Shown here: positions 1-9,061 of the stretch, piece by piece
Position numbering within the stretch: position 1 is the first letter of the stretch
Layout of the letters: each line of letters opens with the position of its first letter
Origin: an uncultured bacterium
GTDB lineage: Bacteria; Fidelibacterota; Marinisomatia; Marinisomatales; UBA1611
Length of the DNA stretch: 64,000 nucleotides
NCBI GenBank assembly: GCA_965660855.1
Contig: CBFIBM010000001.1
Span: forward strand, 1-64,000
Direction: 5' to 3'
Notes under the pieces: model-generated
The model's input: only the letters and a program-made list of their open reading frames with translations
Told to the model about the DNA's origin: nothing
The model's database searches: none
Position numbers and translations under genes: made by a program

Positions 1-60
1 CCTTCAATTTTGTGTCCTTTATTTGATAAACAATGGATATATATGATTAAAGATGAAACA

Positions 61-89
61 AAAAAGCCCCGCAGTTAAGCGAGGCTTTT
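61..89. terminator. Intrinsic terminator downstream of tRNA-Asp, probably bidirectional
   Basis: AAAAAGCCCCGC-AGTTAA-GCGAGGCTTTT hairpin flanked by A and T runs; on the minus strand the stem is followed by a U-tract. Confidence 0.8.
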
Positions 90-120
90 ATTGAGGAGTG
101 TTTGGTATTACTCTTCAGTG

Positions 121-193
<73 letters not shown>

Positions 194-194
<1 letters not shown>

Positions 195-451
195 TATAAT
201 TTTTTCAAACTATTTTTATCTTTGACTAGTAATGAAAGCGGTATAAGAACTATATATCCAATAAATAATAGTATAGGAGCAAAAGTTAGACTTTGGAAAC
301 TATTAACAGAACCCAATGACATTACAAAATATCCTAACAAAATAAAAAATAATCCGGAGAAAAATAAAATATAGTTCGTTCTTCCAAAAGACCATGAATC
401 AAAAAGTTCTGAATTCTTTATTTTGTTATTGTTAAAAAATAGTTTACTCAT
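194..451 (-). CDS. Small two-TM membrane protein, DUF3098-like
   Basis: 85 aa with FGRTNY followed by a hydrophobic helix and a SLTFAPILLFIGY second helix, resembling DUF3098. Confidence 0.7.
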
Positions 452-555
452 TAATAATAAAATTACAATTTAATTTTCTAGAGCCAAAAGCATTTTTAAC
501 ATTTTATATTCTAATTACAAACTAAAATAAATTTCTTTATATTTCCCGGTCTAAA

Positions 556-1587
556 ATGGGCAAAAAATTTAACATAAAGTCTTATTCATGGGTAATTTTA
601 ATTTCTGCTTTCAGTATTCTTTTCTTATCTCTTTCATCGATTCTTTTTTGGCCTCAAAATAACTCTCATAAAATTATAAAAATTAAAATAGACTCAGGAA
701 CTTCACTTAACGGTATATCAGAATTGTTATTTAAAAAAGAAGTTATATCAAACAAAACAACCTTTAAATGGGCTGTGAAAATTTTAGGTAAAGAAAAGAA
801 ACTACCTACTGGTACATTTAGACTTGTAAACTCAAATTCAAATTATTCAATTATCAATCAATTCATCAATGGCTCTCCCGAAATAATAAAAGTAAGAATA
901 TTAGAAGGGTGGAATAAACATCAAATAGCTGAACACCTTTCAAAATCCATGGGATTTAATGTCGATAAAATTATATCACTTATTAATGATGAAAATTATA
1001 TTTCAAAACAAAAAATAATAAGTAATTCACTTGAAGGATATTTATTTCCTGATACTTATTTTTTCTTCGAGGGAGAAAAAATCGAATCTGTTTTATCTCA
1101 ACTGGTAGGGCAGTACAAAAAATTCTGGACTGATAAAAACATAAAACGTGCAAAAAAATTAGGATTATCAAAACATGAGGTTACTACTTTAGCCTCAATA
1201 ATTGAAGGTGAAGCGATCTATGATATTGAACGGCCTAAAATATCTGCTGTTTACCATAATAGATTAGATATTAATATGAAGTTACAAGCAGACCCTACCA
1301 TTCAGTACATAATTTCTGATGGACCAAGACGCCTATTAAATAAAGATTTAAGGATTGAATCACCATATAATACATATCTTCACAAAGGTTTGCCGCCTGG
1401 CCCTATAAACTCTCCTGGTAAAGAGTCTTTAAAGGCAGCTTTATTTCCAGAGGTCAATGATTTTATTTATTTTGTTGCAACTGGAGACGGTTACCATACT
1501 TTTAGTACAAATGAACGTGATCATAATATGGCTAAAAAAAAGTTACAAAAATTAAGAAGAAAAATTAGAAAAAAGAGAAAAATATGA
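556..1587 (+). CDS. mltG: Endolytic transglycosylase MltG (YceG family)
   Basis: N-terminal TM; LEGYLFPDTY, LASIIEGE, LQADPT and SPYNTY..GLPPGPI motifs. Confidence 0.95.
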   Translation: MGKKFNIKSYSWVILISAFSILFLSLSSILFWPQNNSHKIIKIKIDSGTSLNGISELLFKKEVISNKTTFKWAVKILGKEKKLPTGTFRLVNSNSNYSIINQFINGSPEIIKVRILEGWNKHQIAEHLSKSMGFNVDKIISLINDENYISKQKIISNSLEGYLFPDTYFFFEGEKIESVLSQLVGQYKKFWTDKNIKRAKKLGLSKHEVTTLASIIEGEAIYDIERPKISAVYHNRLDINMKLQADPTIQYIISDGPRRLLNKDLRIESPYNTYLHKGLPPGPINSPGKESLKAALFPEVNDFIYFVATGDGYHTFSTNERDHNMAKKKLQKLRRKIRKKRKI

Positions 1588-3755
1588 GTTTAAATAATTT
1601 AAATAAAACACAAAAAGAAGCAGTAAAAGCTACAAAAGGCCCTGTACTAATTTTTGCTGGTGCAGGTAGTGGAAAAACAAGAGTCCTTACTCATAAAATG
1701 TTTTATTTAATTAAGGAAAAACATTATAAACCTGAAAATATATTATCCGTTACCTTTACAAATAAGGCTGCTAAAGAGATGAAAGAAAGAGTAATGGATT
1801 TATTAGAAACAAAAGATTTACCAATTACTATTGGAACGTTTCATTCGGTTTGTGCACGATTATTAAGAGTTGAGGCAAAGTACTTAAAAATAAGTCCTAA
1901 CTTTGCAATTTATGATGTTCAAGATCAAAAAGATTTATTAAAAGTAGTATTAAAAAATTTAAATATTTCAAAAGATCAACTGACTCCAAATAATGTAAGA
2001 AATCAAATTAGTTATTTAAAAAATAAAATGATAAGTCCATCGACTCAATCAAGAAAAGCAAGAACTATTATTGAGAAAAAAATAGTTGAAGTTTATTCAG
2101 AATATCAAAAAGCTTTGAAAGAAAATGATGCACTAGATTTTGATGATTTACTTTTAAAGCCATTAGAACTCTTTGATGAAAATCCGAAAATACTTAAGAA
2201 ATATCAAAATAAATGGAAATATATCCTTGTTGATGAGTACCAAGATACCAACCGCCCTCAGTTTTTCTTTTTAACTAAATTGGCAGAAAAAAATAAACAA
2301 ATATCTGTAGTTGGTGATGATGATCAGTCTATTTATGGCTGGAGAGGTGCAGATGTTAAAAATATATTAGACTTTGAAAAATCTTTTCCAAGTTGTCAAA
2401 TTTTCACATTGGAAAAAAATTACAGATCTACTCAGCAGATATTAGATGCCGCAACTGCTGTGGTATCGCATAATGATATTAGAGCGACAAAAAAATTAGT
2501 TGCCGAAAATGGGTCTGGTGAATTGATAGGTTTGATAGAAACTAGAGATGAGCTTGAAGAAGCTGATGCTATTATTTCAGCTTTAGAAAAAGAAATAAAA
2601 TTAAATAAGAGGAACTTTAGTCATTTTTCCGTTCTCTACAGAACAAATGCACAATCGCGTGCTTTAGAGGATAGTTTTAGAAGAATGGGTATTCCGTATA
2701 ATTTAGTTGGAAGTATTAGGTTTTATGATCGAAAAGAAGTAAAAGATGTCCTAGCATATCTAAGGCTTGTAATAAATCTTAGAGATACTGTTTCATTACG
2801 TAGGATAATTAATTTTCCTCCAAGGGGTATTGGAATGAAAACAATGGACAAATGTGTTGATAAATCAGATGAAGAAAAAATAGAATTATTTGATGTCTTG
2901 AAAAAAGCAGATCAGTTATCAATTAGGGGTAAGCAGTCTATTGCTTTAATTGCGTTTTATGAATTAATAAATAAATATCATATTTTGAGAAACAAATTAA
3001 GCGCTAATGAACTTAGTAGAAGTTTAATAGAGGAAGTCGGTATCTTAAATAAATTTAAGAAATCAGATAATGGCGAGGATAAAGAAAAATATGAAAATAT
3101 TTTGGAATTATTAAATAGTATTGATGAATTTTGTTCGAAAAAACCAGATGCAAATTTAAGTGATTTTTTAGAAGAGGTATCTTTGCTTTCAGATATAGAT
3201 CATTGGAATGATTCAGATAACAGAGTCACATTAATGACTGTTCATTCTTCAAAAGGTTTAGAATTTCCAGTAGTATTTATTGCTGGTCTCGATGATGGTT
3301 TATTTCCTTTACATATAACACTTGAAGATAAAAAAGAAACGGAGGAAGAGAGAAGGCTTTTCTACGTTGCTTTAACTAGAGCACAAGAGAGAGTATTACT
3401 CTTATACTCCACAAACCGCAGGAGAATGGGTGGAGAAAATATTCTTGGAATGCCGAGCAGGTTTATTGGTGAAATTCCACCTGAATTTTTGGATCGTATT
3501 GAGTTCCAAAGCGCATTAACAAGAAGAGTAGTTGGAGGACCTTTAAAGAAAAATACAAAAGTTACCGTTACAAGAACGGTAACTACATTTGATGATTTTA
3601 AAGTTGGAGATGCAGTAGAACATTCTATTTTTGGATTAGGTAAAATTATGGTTCTAAGCGGTACAGGAGAGAACCAAAGAGTTGGAGTTGTCTTTAAAGA
3701 TGGTACAAAAAAGAAATTAATCGTAAAATACGCTAATCTTACTAAGCTGAACTGA
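1584..3755 (+). CDS. pcrA: UvrD/PcrA SF1 DNA helicase
   Basis: AGAGSGKT, VDEYQD, VGDDDQSIY, NYRST, TVHSSKGLEF and EERRLFYVALTRA motifs; C-terminal Tudor-like domain. Confidence 0.95.
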   Translation: MSLNNLNKTQKEAVKATKGPVLIFAGAGSGKTRVLTHKMFYLIKEKHYKPENILSVTFTNKAAKEMKERVMDLLETKDLPITIGTFHSVCARLLRVEAKYLKISPNFAIYDVQDQKDLLKVVLKNLNISKDQLTPNNVRNQISYLKNKMISPSTQSRKARTIIEKKIVEVYSEYQKALKENDALDFDDLLLKPLELFDENPKILKKYQNKWKYILVDEYQDTNRPQFFFLTKLAEKNKQISVVGDDDQSIYGWRGADVKNILDFEKSFPSCQIFTLEKNYRSTQQILDAATAVVSHNDIRATKKLVAENGSGELIGLIETRDELEEADAIISALEKEIKLNKRNFSHFSVLYRTNAQSRALEDSFRRMGIPYNLVGSIRFYDRKEVKDVLAYLRLVINLRDTVSLRRIINFPPRGIGMKTMDKCVDKSDEEKIELFDVLKKADQLSIRGKQSIALIAFYELINKYHILRNKLSANELSRSLIEEVGILNKFKKSDNGEDKEKYENILELLNSIDEFCSKKPDANLSDFLEEVSLLSDIDHWNDSDNRVTLMTVHSSKGLEFPVVFIAGLDDGLFPLHITLEDKKETEEERRLFYVALTRAQERVLLLYSTNRRRMGGENILGMPSRFIGEIPPEFLDRIEFQSALTRRVVGGPLKKNTKVTVTRTVTTFDDFKVGDAVEHSIFGLGKIMVLSGTGENQRVGVVFKDGTKKKLIVKYANLTKLN

Positions 3756-3773
3756 TATCTTTAATTCTAAAAT

Positions 3774-4184
3774 ATGAATAAAACATTAATTCAAGTATTA
3801 AAAAAAGAAGGTCTTAGGTATACCCTCCAGAGACAAGCAGTATGGGATGAGATAAGACAGAAAACTGAGCACAGGGATGTGGAAGATATTTATCAGCAGC
3901 TTAGAAATAATAATATTAATGTTTCTAGAGCAACATTATATAGGACAATAGATGTTCTCGTTAAGAATAAGATGGTTAGAAAAATGGATGTTGGTGAAGG
4001 GAAGAGCCTTTATGAACCTAGATTGGACGATGATCATCATGATCATATGATTTGTGTAGATACAGGTAAAATTATTGAATTCTACGATGAAGAATTAGAG
4101 ACATTACAAGAGACTATTGCCAAAAAGCATGGTTATAAAATTGTAAGGCACGTACATCAATTATTTGTTAAAAAAATTAAATAG
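3774..4184 (+). CDS. fur: Fur-family transcriptional regulator
   Basis: GLRYTLQR, VSRATLYRT, HHDHMICVDTGKIIEF. Confidence 0.9.
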   Translation: MNKTLIQVLKKEGLRYTLQRQAVWDEIRQKTEHRDVEDIYQQLRNNNINVSRATLYRTIDVLVKNKMVRKMDVGEGKSLYEPRLDDDHHDHMICVDTGKIIEFYDEELETLQETIAKKHGYKIVRHVHQLFVKKIK

Positions 4185-4659
4185 ATTTAACCATTTTTAT
4201 TGACTTTAACGATTCTCTTACTTCTTCATAACCAGACTTTTTATAAAAGTTGATTGCGATTTTATTTTTTTTTAGCACCTTCAAGGTAAAAGTATTTCGG
4301 TTTCTTTTTACTCCAATTTTCTCAAGTTCCTTTACCAAACTATAACCAATCCCCTTGCATCTATATTCTTTATCTATTATGATATGAAATAAATGGGCAG
4401 TATCCTCCTTCATAGAAATACTTCCATAACCTATCACCCAGTCCTTTTTACTGACTGTAATTGATATAACGTCATCAATTTTATGATAATAATTATTTTT
4501 TACCCAATCTTTCATTTGAAATGGGTAAATTGTTTTTGGAGACACAAAGTTTAATGTTTTAGGATTTGAAAACCAGTTTCTAAAAATAGAATCTAATTTC
4601 CGATAATCATCGCTAATTGAATAGTCTATTTGTTTAAAAATTAAATTCACACCATTCAT
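4177..4659 (-). CDS. GNAT family N-acetyltransferase
   Basis: YRCKGIG acetyl-CoA motif and N..AINFYKKSGY. Confidence 0.85.
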   Translation of the reverse strand: MNGVNLIFKQIDYSISDDYRKLDSIFRNWFSNPKTLNFVSPKTIYPFQMKDWVKNNYYHKIDDVISITVSKKDWVIGYGSISMKEDTAHLFHIIIDKEYRCKGIGYSLVKELEKIGVKRNRNTFTLKVLKKNKIAINFYKKSGYEEVRESLKSIKMVKSI

Positions 4660-4708
4660 AACTAAAATTACAAAAAATTAGTAATTTATTGCTTAATTAA
4701 ATCATAAA

Positions 4709-5671
4709 ATGAAAAAACTTACTGAAATCAATAATTTTAAAGAGGGCACTGCTATTCAAGGCTTTTTTTTGTGTGCATCTAAAAATTTAAGACATACAAG
4801 AACAGGAGATTTATTTCTTGATTTAGAATTGAGAGATATAACCGGTCATATTGATGCAAAAATTTGGGATAATATTGAAAAGTTTAATAAAAAATTTAAT
4901 GTTGGAAATGCAGTCGCTGTTTCAGGTTTTGTTGAACGTTTTATTGACCACAATCAGTTAATCATTAGAAAAATTAATAAGGCAACGGTTCAATACTATG
5001 GGAGATATGGTTTTGACCCTGCTAGGATTGTTCCTTCTTCTAAGCATGATCCAAAAAAAATGTGGATAGAATTAGAGGCTATTATCAACACATTAAAAGA
5101 TAAATACTTAAAAGCATTAGTTCTTAACCTATATAATTCAAATAAGAAAAAAATAATGTACCACCCTGCTTCAATTAATATGCATTATAATTATAGATCT
5201 GGATTTTTAGAACATATTCTAAAAATGGCTAAAATATCAAAAAAGATCGTTTCATTATACAATGTTGATAAAGATTTAGTAATTGCAGGAGTTTTTCTTC
5301 ATAAAATTGGGAAAATCAAAGAGATTAGTTCTGAATATTTATTAAAAAATACAAGTGAAGGTAATCTCATTGGTCATAATGTACTTGGGCGAGATATGGT
5401 AAGACAAGAAATTACAAGAATAAAGGGCTTCCCATCTCATTATTCAAATAAAATAGAGCATATTATTTTATCTCATCAAGGTAGGTACGAATGGAAATCT
5501 CATAAACTCCCTTCTTTTCCAGAAGCTCTATTAATTCATCTCATTGGATTTTCTGATTCGAGAATGAATCTTATGAGTTTAGCAATTGATAACGATAAAG
5601 AATCGGGAGGCTTTACAAACAAATTTAATTATTTTGGAATTCCAATTTTGAAAGATAGTGAACCTAGGTAA
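4709..5671 (+). CDS. YhaM/Cbf1-like OB-fold + HD-domain protein with degenerate metal ligands
   Basis: LRDITGHIDAKIWD OB-fold; GFLEH, LHKIGK (HD to HK), GNLIGH, HIILSHQG, PEALLIH. Confidence 0.85.
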   Translation: MKKLTEINNFKEGTAIQGFFLCASKNLRHTRTGDLFLDLELRDITGHIDAKIWDNIEKFNKKFNVGNAVAVSGFVERFIDHNQLIIRKINKATVQYYGRYGFDPARIVPSSKHDPKKMWIELEAIINTLKDKYLKALVLNLYNSNKKKIMYHPASINMHYNYRSGFLEHILKMAKISKKIVSLYNVDKDLVIAGVFLHKIGKIKEISSEYLLKNTSEGNLIGHNVLGRDMVRQEITRIKGFPSHYSNKIEHIILSHQGRYEWKSHKLPSFPEALLIHLIGFSDSRMNLMSLAIDNDKESGGFTNKFNYFGIPILKDSEPR

Positions 5672-6179
5672 GATAGTAAAATCAGCGGTATTCTCTGCAA
5701 CCGCTATCGGGTTAGGCTTTGCATTTCTAGTAGTACCAAATATAGAGTTTATAAGTGTCACAATTTTTCTTTCGGGGCTGTACCTAGGCTCAAAATATGG
5801 CGCTCTCGTTGGTGGTATATCAATAATGATATATTCAATTCTTAATCCGATGGGGTCAGGCTTAGCTTATTTACCTCTATTAATAGGTCAAATTATATCA
5901 ATGATTATTATTGGAATATTAGGATCATACTTAAGCTTTATTTTAAAAAAAGGTAGATTAAAATCTAGAATTCTATTTTCAGGGGTTGCAGGATTTATAT
6001 CTACTTTTATATATGATTTTATTACAACTATTTCTTTTCCTATAAGCGTTGGATATAGTTTAAATGAAATTATTATTTATGGTATATCGGGATTAATTTT
6101 TACTGCGATGCATTTAGTATCAAATACTGTAATATTTATGATTGTAGTGCCAAAGTTTATCGAAAGAATTGAAACCTAG
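5658..6179 (+). CDS. ECF transporter S-component, CbrT-like
   Basis: 173 aa, highly hydrophobic (about 6 TM); VPNIEF..TIFLSG..LG...G pattern of the CbrT-like group; GTG start. Confidence 0.7.
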   Translation: MNLGKIVKSAVFSATAIGLGFAFLVVPNIEFISVTIFLSGLYLGSKYGALVGGISIMIYSILNPMGSGLAYLPLLIGQIISMIIIGILGSYLSFILKKGRLKSRILFSGVAGFISTFIYDFITTISFPISVGYSLNEIIIYGISGLIFTAMHLVSNTVIFMIVVPKFIERIET

Positions 6180-7766
6180 ATGAATTTTTTTATATTAATC
6201 CTCAGCAGTACTTTTTTAATATCTTCAACAATAGAAAAGATTTCATTTGATTGGGGTGGGCAATATGGTTTAATCAAAAATAATGGAGCAGTGCTTTTTA
6301 ATACGGATTGGAGGTCAAATCACCTATTTTTTGATGGTACTTGGGCAAATTTCCCAACTATGTATGGTGAATTAATTGAAACGGGTTTTAATGATATAGT
6401 CTCCATCGGTTTTGATAATGAAAATAATGATTCATTGTACTCGAATACTGATGTATTATATAAAATTGGAGATTTTTCATTAGATCAGTTTTCATTTAAT
6501 ATTGAAAGATCTGATAAGAATAGAGCCTATAATATTTATGCTTTTAAAAGATCATTCGCAGGTTTTGAAAATCAGTACTTTAATAATTCATCACAGCCTA
6601 TACAGCAATCATATATTGTTTCATTATTATCCAATAAAGAGAATACAATTGGGAGTATTCATTTAGGGCATTTCAATACTTATTCAAATTTTCCGGATGA
6701 GGAATCAAGCTCTAAATACCGTCAAATAATCACCACGGCTAATTCTAAAATTCAACAAAATTATGGGAAATTTTCTTTGATCTTGTCCCTAGATAATTTT
6801 TTACAAAAATTAAGATCAAATCATTCATTATCAATTACAACGAAAAATAGATTTTTGGTACGTAGTATTTTTGAGGGGAAAATTAACTTTTCAGGTTCGA
6901 ATGATTGGGATACATCTATTTCATTTTTACAAAATAAAAGATCAATAAAAACTGATTCAATTAGATTTCAAAATTGGAATAGTGTATTAGTAAATATGCT
7001 TTACAAAAACCTTGATCTTCATATAAAGTATGGATCAATAAATAAACAATTACTATCAGGGTATGGCTTAAATATTCATAAAGAAATTATGGGATTTTTT
7101 TTAAAATTATCTTTATTAGCAGATTCAAAACCATCACATCCTTATTATCAAATAGCCAATGATACAAATGAAAATCAATCGTTCGAAAAAAATATTTCTA
7201 AAATATTAACATTAAATTACCAGACTGGTAAAAGTTTATTTCATTCAAGAGTTACATTTATAGATGGAGTAAACTCATTTTGGAATAATAATGAAAAAAC
7301 CAGAACTCTCTTTATAAAAATTAATAATCAACTCTCTTCAAATTTTTATTTTAGTGTATTTTACAACCATGAAAAAAATATAACATATCATACTGGAGGT
7401 ATGGGAGATTGGTATGGCATGGATATAGATTATAAAATTAACATTTTAAAAAATAACATGGATTTTATAGTTAATACTAATATCAAGAATTATAATAAAA
7501 GGACATCTAACGTATATTTTAACCCGATTGAAATGATACCGATAAGGAAAAACCTGTCTGATAATATTGGAAATATGACTCTATTGAATTTTGGTATAAC
7601 AATAAATATATCTTCAGTTACATTTCAATATAATTGGATTAACTTACTTGAATTACTCAATATTAATAATGAATCAGAAAAGTTTAATAAAGTAACTTTT
7701 AATCCAATAATGCCATACAATGGCTGGCAGAAACAAATATCTATTGTATGGCATTTTTTAAATTAA
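6180..7766 (+). CDS. Putative outer-membrane beta-barrel (FCB-group 'putative porin'-like)
   Basis: Signal peptide, alternating amphipathic strands, C-terminus ISIVWHFLN. Confidence 0.55.
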   Translation: MNFFILILSSTFLISSTIEKISFDWGGQYGLIKNNGAVLFNTDWRSNHLFFDGTWANFPTMYGELIETGFNDIVSIGFDNENNDSLYSNTDVLYKIGDFSLDQFSFNIERSDKNRAYNIYAFKRSFAGFENQYFNNSSQPIQQSYIVSLLSNKENTIGSIHLGHFNTYSNFPDEESSSKYRQIITTANSKIQQNYGKFSLILSLDNFLQKLRSNHSLSITTKNRFLVRSIFEGKINFSGSNDWDTSISFLQNKRSIKTDSIRFQNWNSVLVNMLYKNLDLHIKYGSINKQLLSGYGLNIHKEIMGFFLKLSLLADSKPSHPYYQIANDTNENQSFEKNISKILTLNYQTGKSLFHSRVTFIDGVNSFWNNNEKTRTLFIKINNQLSSNFYFSVFYNHEKNITYHTGGMGDWYGMDIDYKINILKNNMDFIVNTNIKNYNKRTSNVYFNPIEMIPIRKNLSDNIGNMTLLNFGITINISSVTFQYNWINLLELLNINNESEKFNKVTFNPIMPYNGWQKQISIVWHFLN

Positions 7767-7771
7767 CATTT

Positions 7772-9061
7772 TTATTTTAACAAACTTAATTTAGTTATTT
7801 CAACTAGACTTTTTTGTTTGAATACTGCAAAATAGATACCCGATGCATATAGAGCTCCATTCCATTTAATTTTTTTTTGTCCTTTTGTATAATCATTAAT
7901 ATTAAGTTCTTCTATAATACGCCCACTGATATCACATATATAAAGTTGGTATGGTGATTCTTCGTGGACATTAATCTGTATAACTGTTTCATGGTTAAAT
8001 GGGTTAGGATAGTTTTGAATAGGTGCTAGACTAGGAATAAAAGAGTTATTATCTATTGAGTTTTGATCGTATTCATAAACTGCATAGGAACCGGGCATTG
8101 CGCTAACAATTAATTCATCCAGAATTAAACCTTCTTGATTTAAGATAAAAACTGTATCAGGAGCGACATAGTCAGAGGTCCCAAAAATTAAGTTATCTTC
8201 ATAAGCCCAAGCAGAATAGATAGATGATAAGTTTCCTATTTTACTTGAAATGTTAGGTGTGAGATCATTGTTCAGTGTGACAACTCCATCGTCATATACT
8301 TGATAAATTTCGTTCTGAAAAATAAAAATATCTGACCCATAACTATTTGTTTGTCCAGCATTATGTCTTTGAATTTCGCCATTAATAAGATTTATACTTG
8401 ATGTCCCAGAGTATTGATTCCAAATATCATCATACGATGAAGATGTAATATATAGTATTGAATCTTTCAATGTCATCATAGTAGGTCCTGGCTCAACTGA
8501 AAAGGTTCCAACAATTTCATGATCGCTTAATCTCATCTTTACAACTTTATCATTTGTAGACCAATCTAAATTATTTGGCAATGATACAAATAAATGATCT
8601 TCAAATTCCACCATGTACTCAGGCATACCATTCATTATAACGGTATCAATAATCTCCATGTTATCTAAATTTAAAACTAAAATAGCATTTTGATTCCAAG
8701 AGGATATGTAACCTTTGTTATTATTAAAGGTAATATATCTCGGACTAGAATTTGGTAATTCTACAGTCATCTCATATTCCGCAGTTTCACTTAAGTTCAT
8801 TATTTCAATTGTATGAGAATTATTCATTACTATATAAAGTTTTCCATCATAGATATTTAAGGATTGTCCTACATCACCAAGTGGGTTTGAATTCTCATCC
8901 CAATGGATTGATTCATGAAAGTAAACCTCATTCATACTTGTCGACCAAAGACTAGAGTTTGCTGACCCGAAATTTCCTTCGCACAATGTAAATAAATTAA
9001 TATTTTGACTCATAAGAATTGGAAATTGGAATAAAAATATTAACATTATTTTATTTTTCAT
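7772..9061 (-). CDS. BtuG/YncE-like beta-propeller with C-terminal T9SS-type (Por secretion) sorting domain
   Basis: EGNF, LGDVGQS, KLYIVMNNS and SPRYI blades; C-terminal NYPNPFN...DISGR...WNG...ASGIYF...KLSLLK. Confidence 0.8.
   Translation of the reverse strand: MKNKIMLIFLFQFPILMSQNINLFTLCEGNFGSANSSLWSTSMNEVYFHESIHWDENSNPLGDVGQSLNIYDGKLYIVMNNSHTIEIMNLSETAEYEMTVELPNSSPRYITFNNNKGYISSWNQNAILVLNLDNMEIIDTVIMNGMPEYMVEFEDHLFVSLPNNLDWSTNDKVVKMRLSDHEIVGTFSVEPGPTMMTLKDSILYITSSSYDDIWNQYSGTSSINLINGEIQRHNAGQTNSYGSDIFIFQNEIYQVYDDGVVTLNNDLTPNISSKIGNLSSIYSAWAYEDNLIFGTSDYVAPDTVFILNQEGLILDELIVSAMPGSYAVYEYDQNSIDNNSFIPSLAPIQNYPNPFNHETVIQINVHEESPYQLYICDISGRIIEELNINDYTKGQKKIKWNGALYASGIYFAVFKQKSLVEITKLSLLK

Noticed and set aside
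1..30. Possible minus-strand gene start (AAAGGA...TTG at 7-5)
   Set aside because: Only two codons lie inside the window; cannot be supported.
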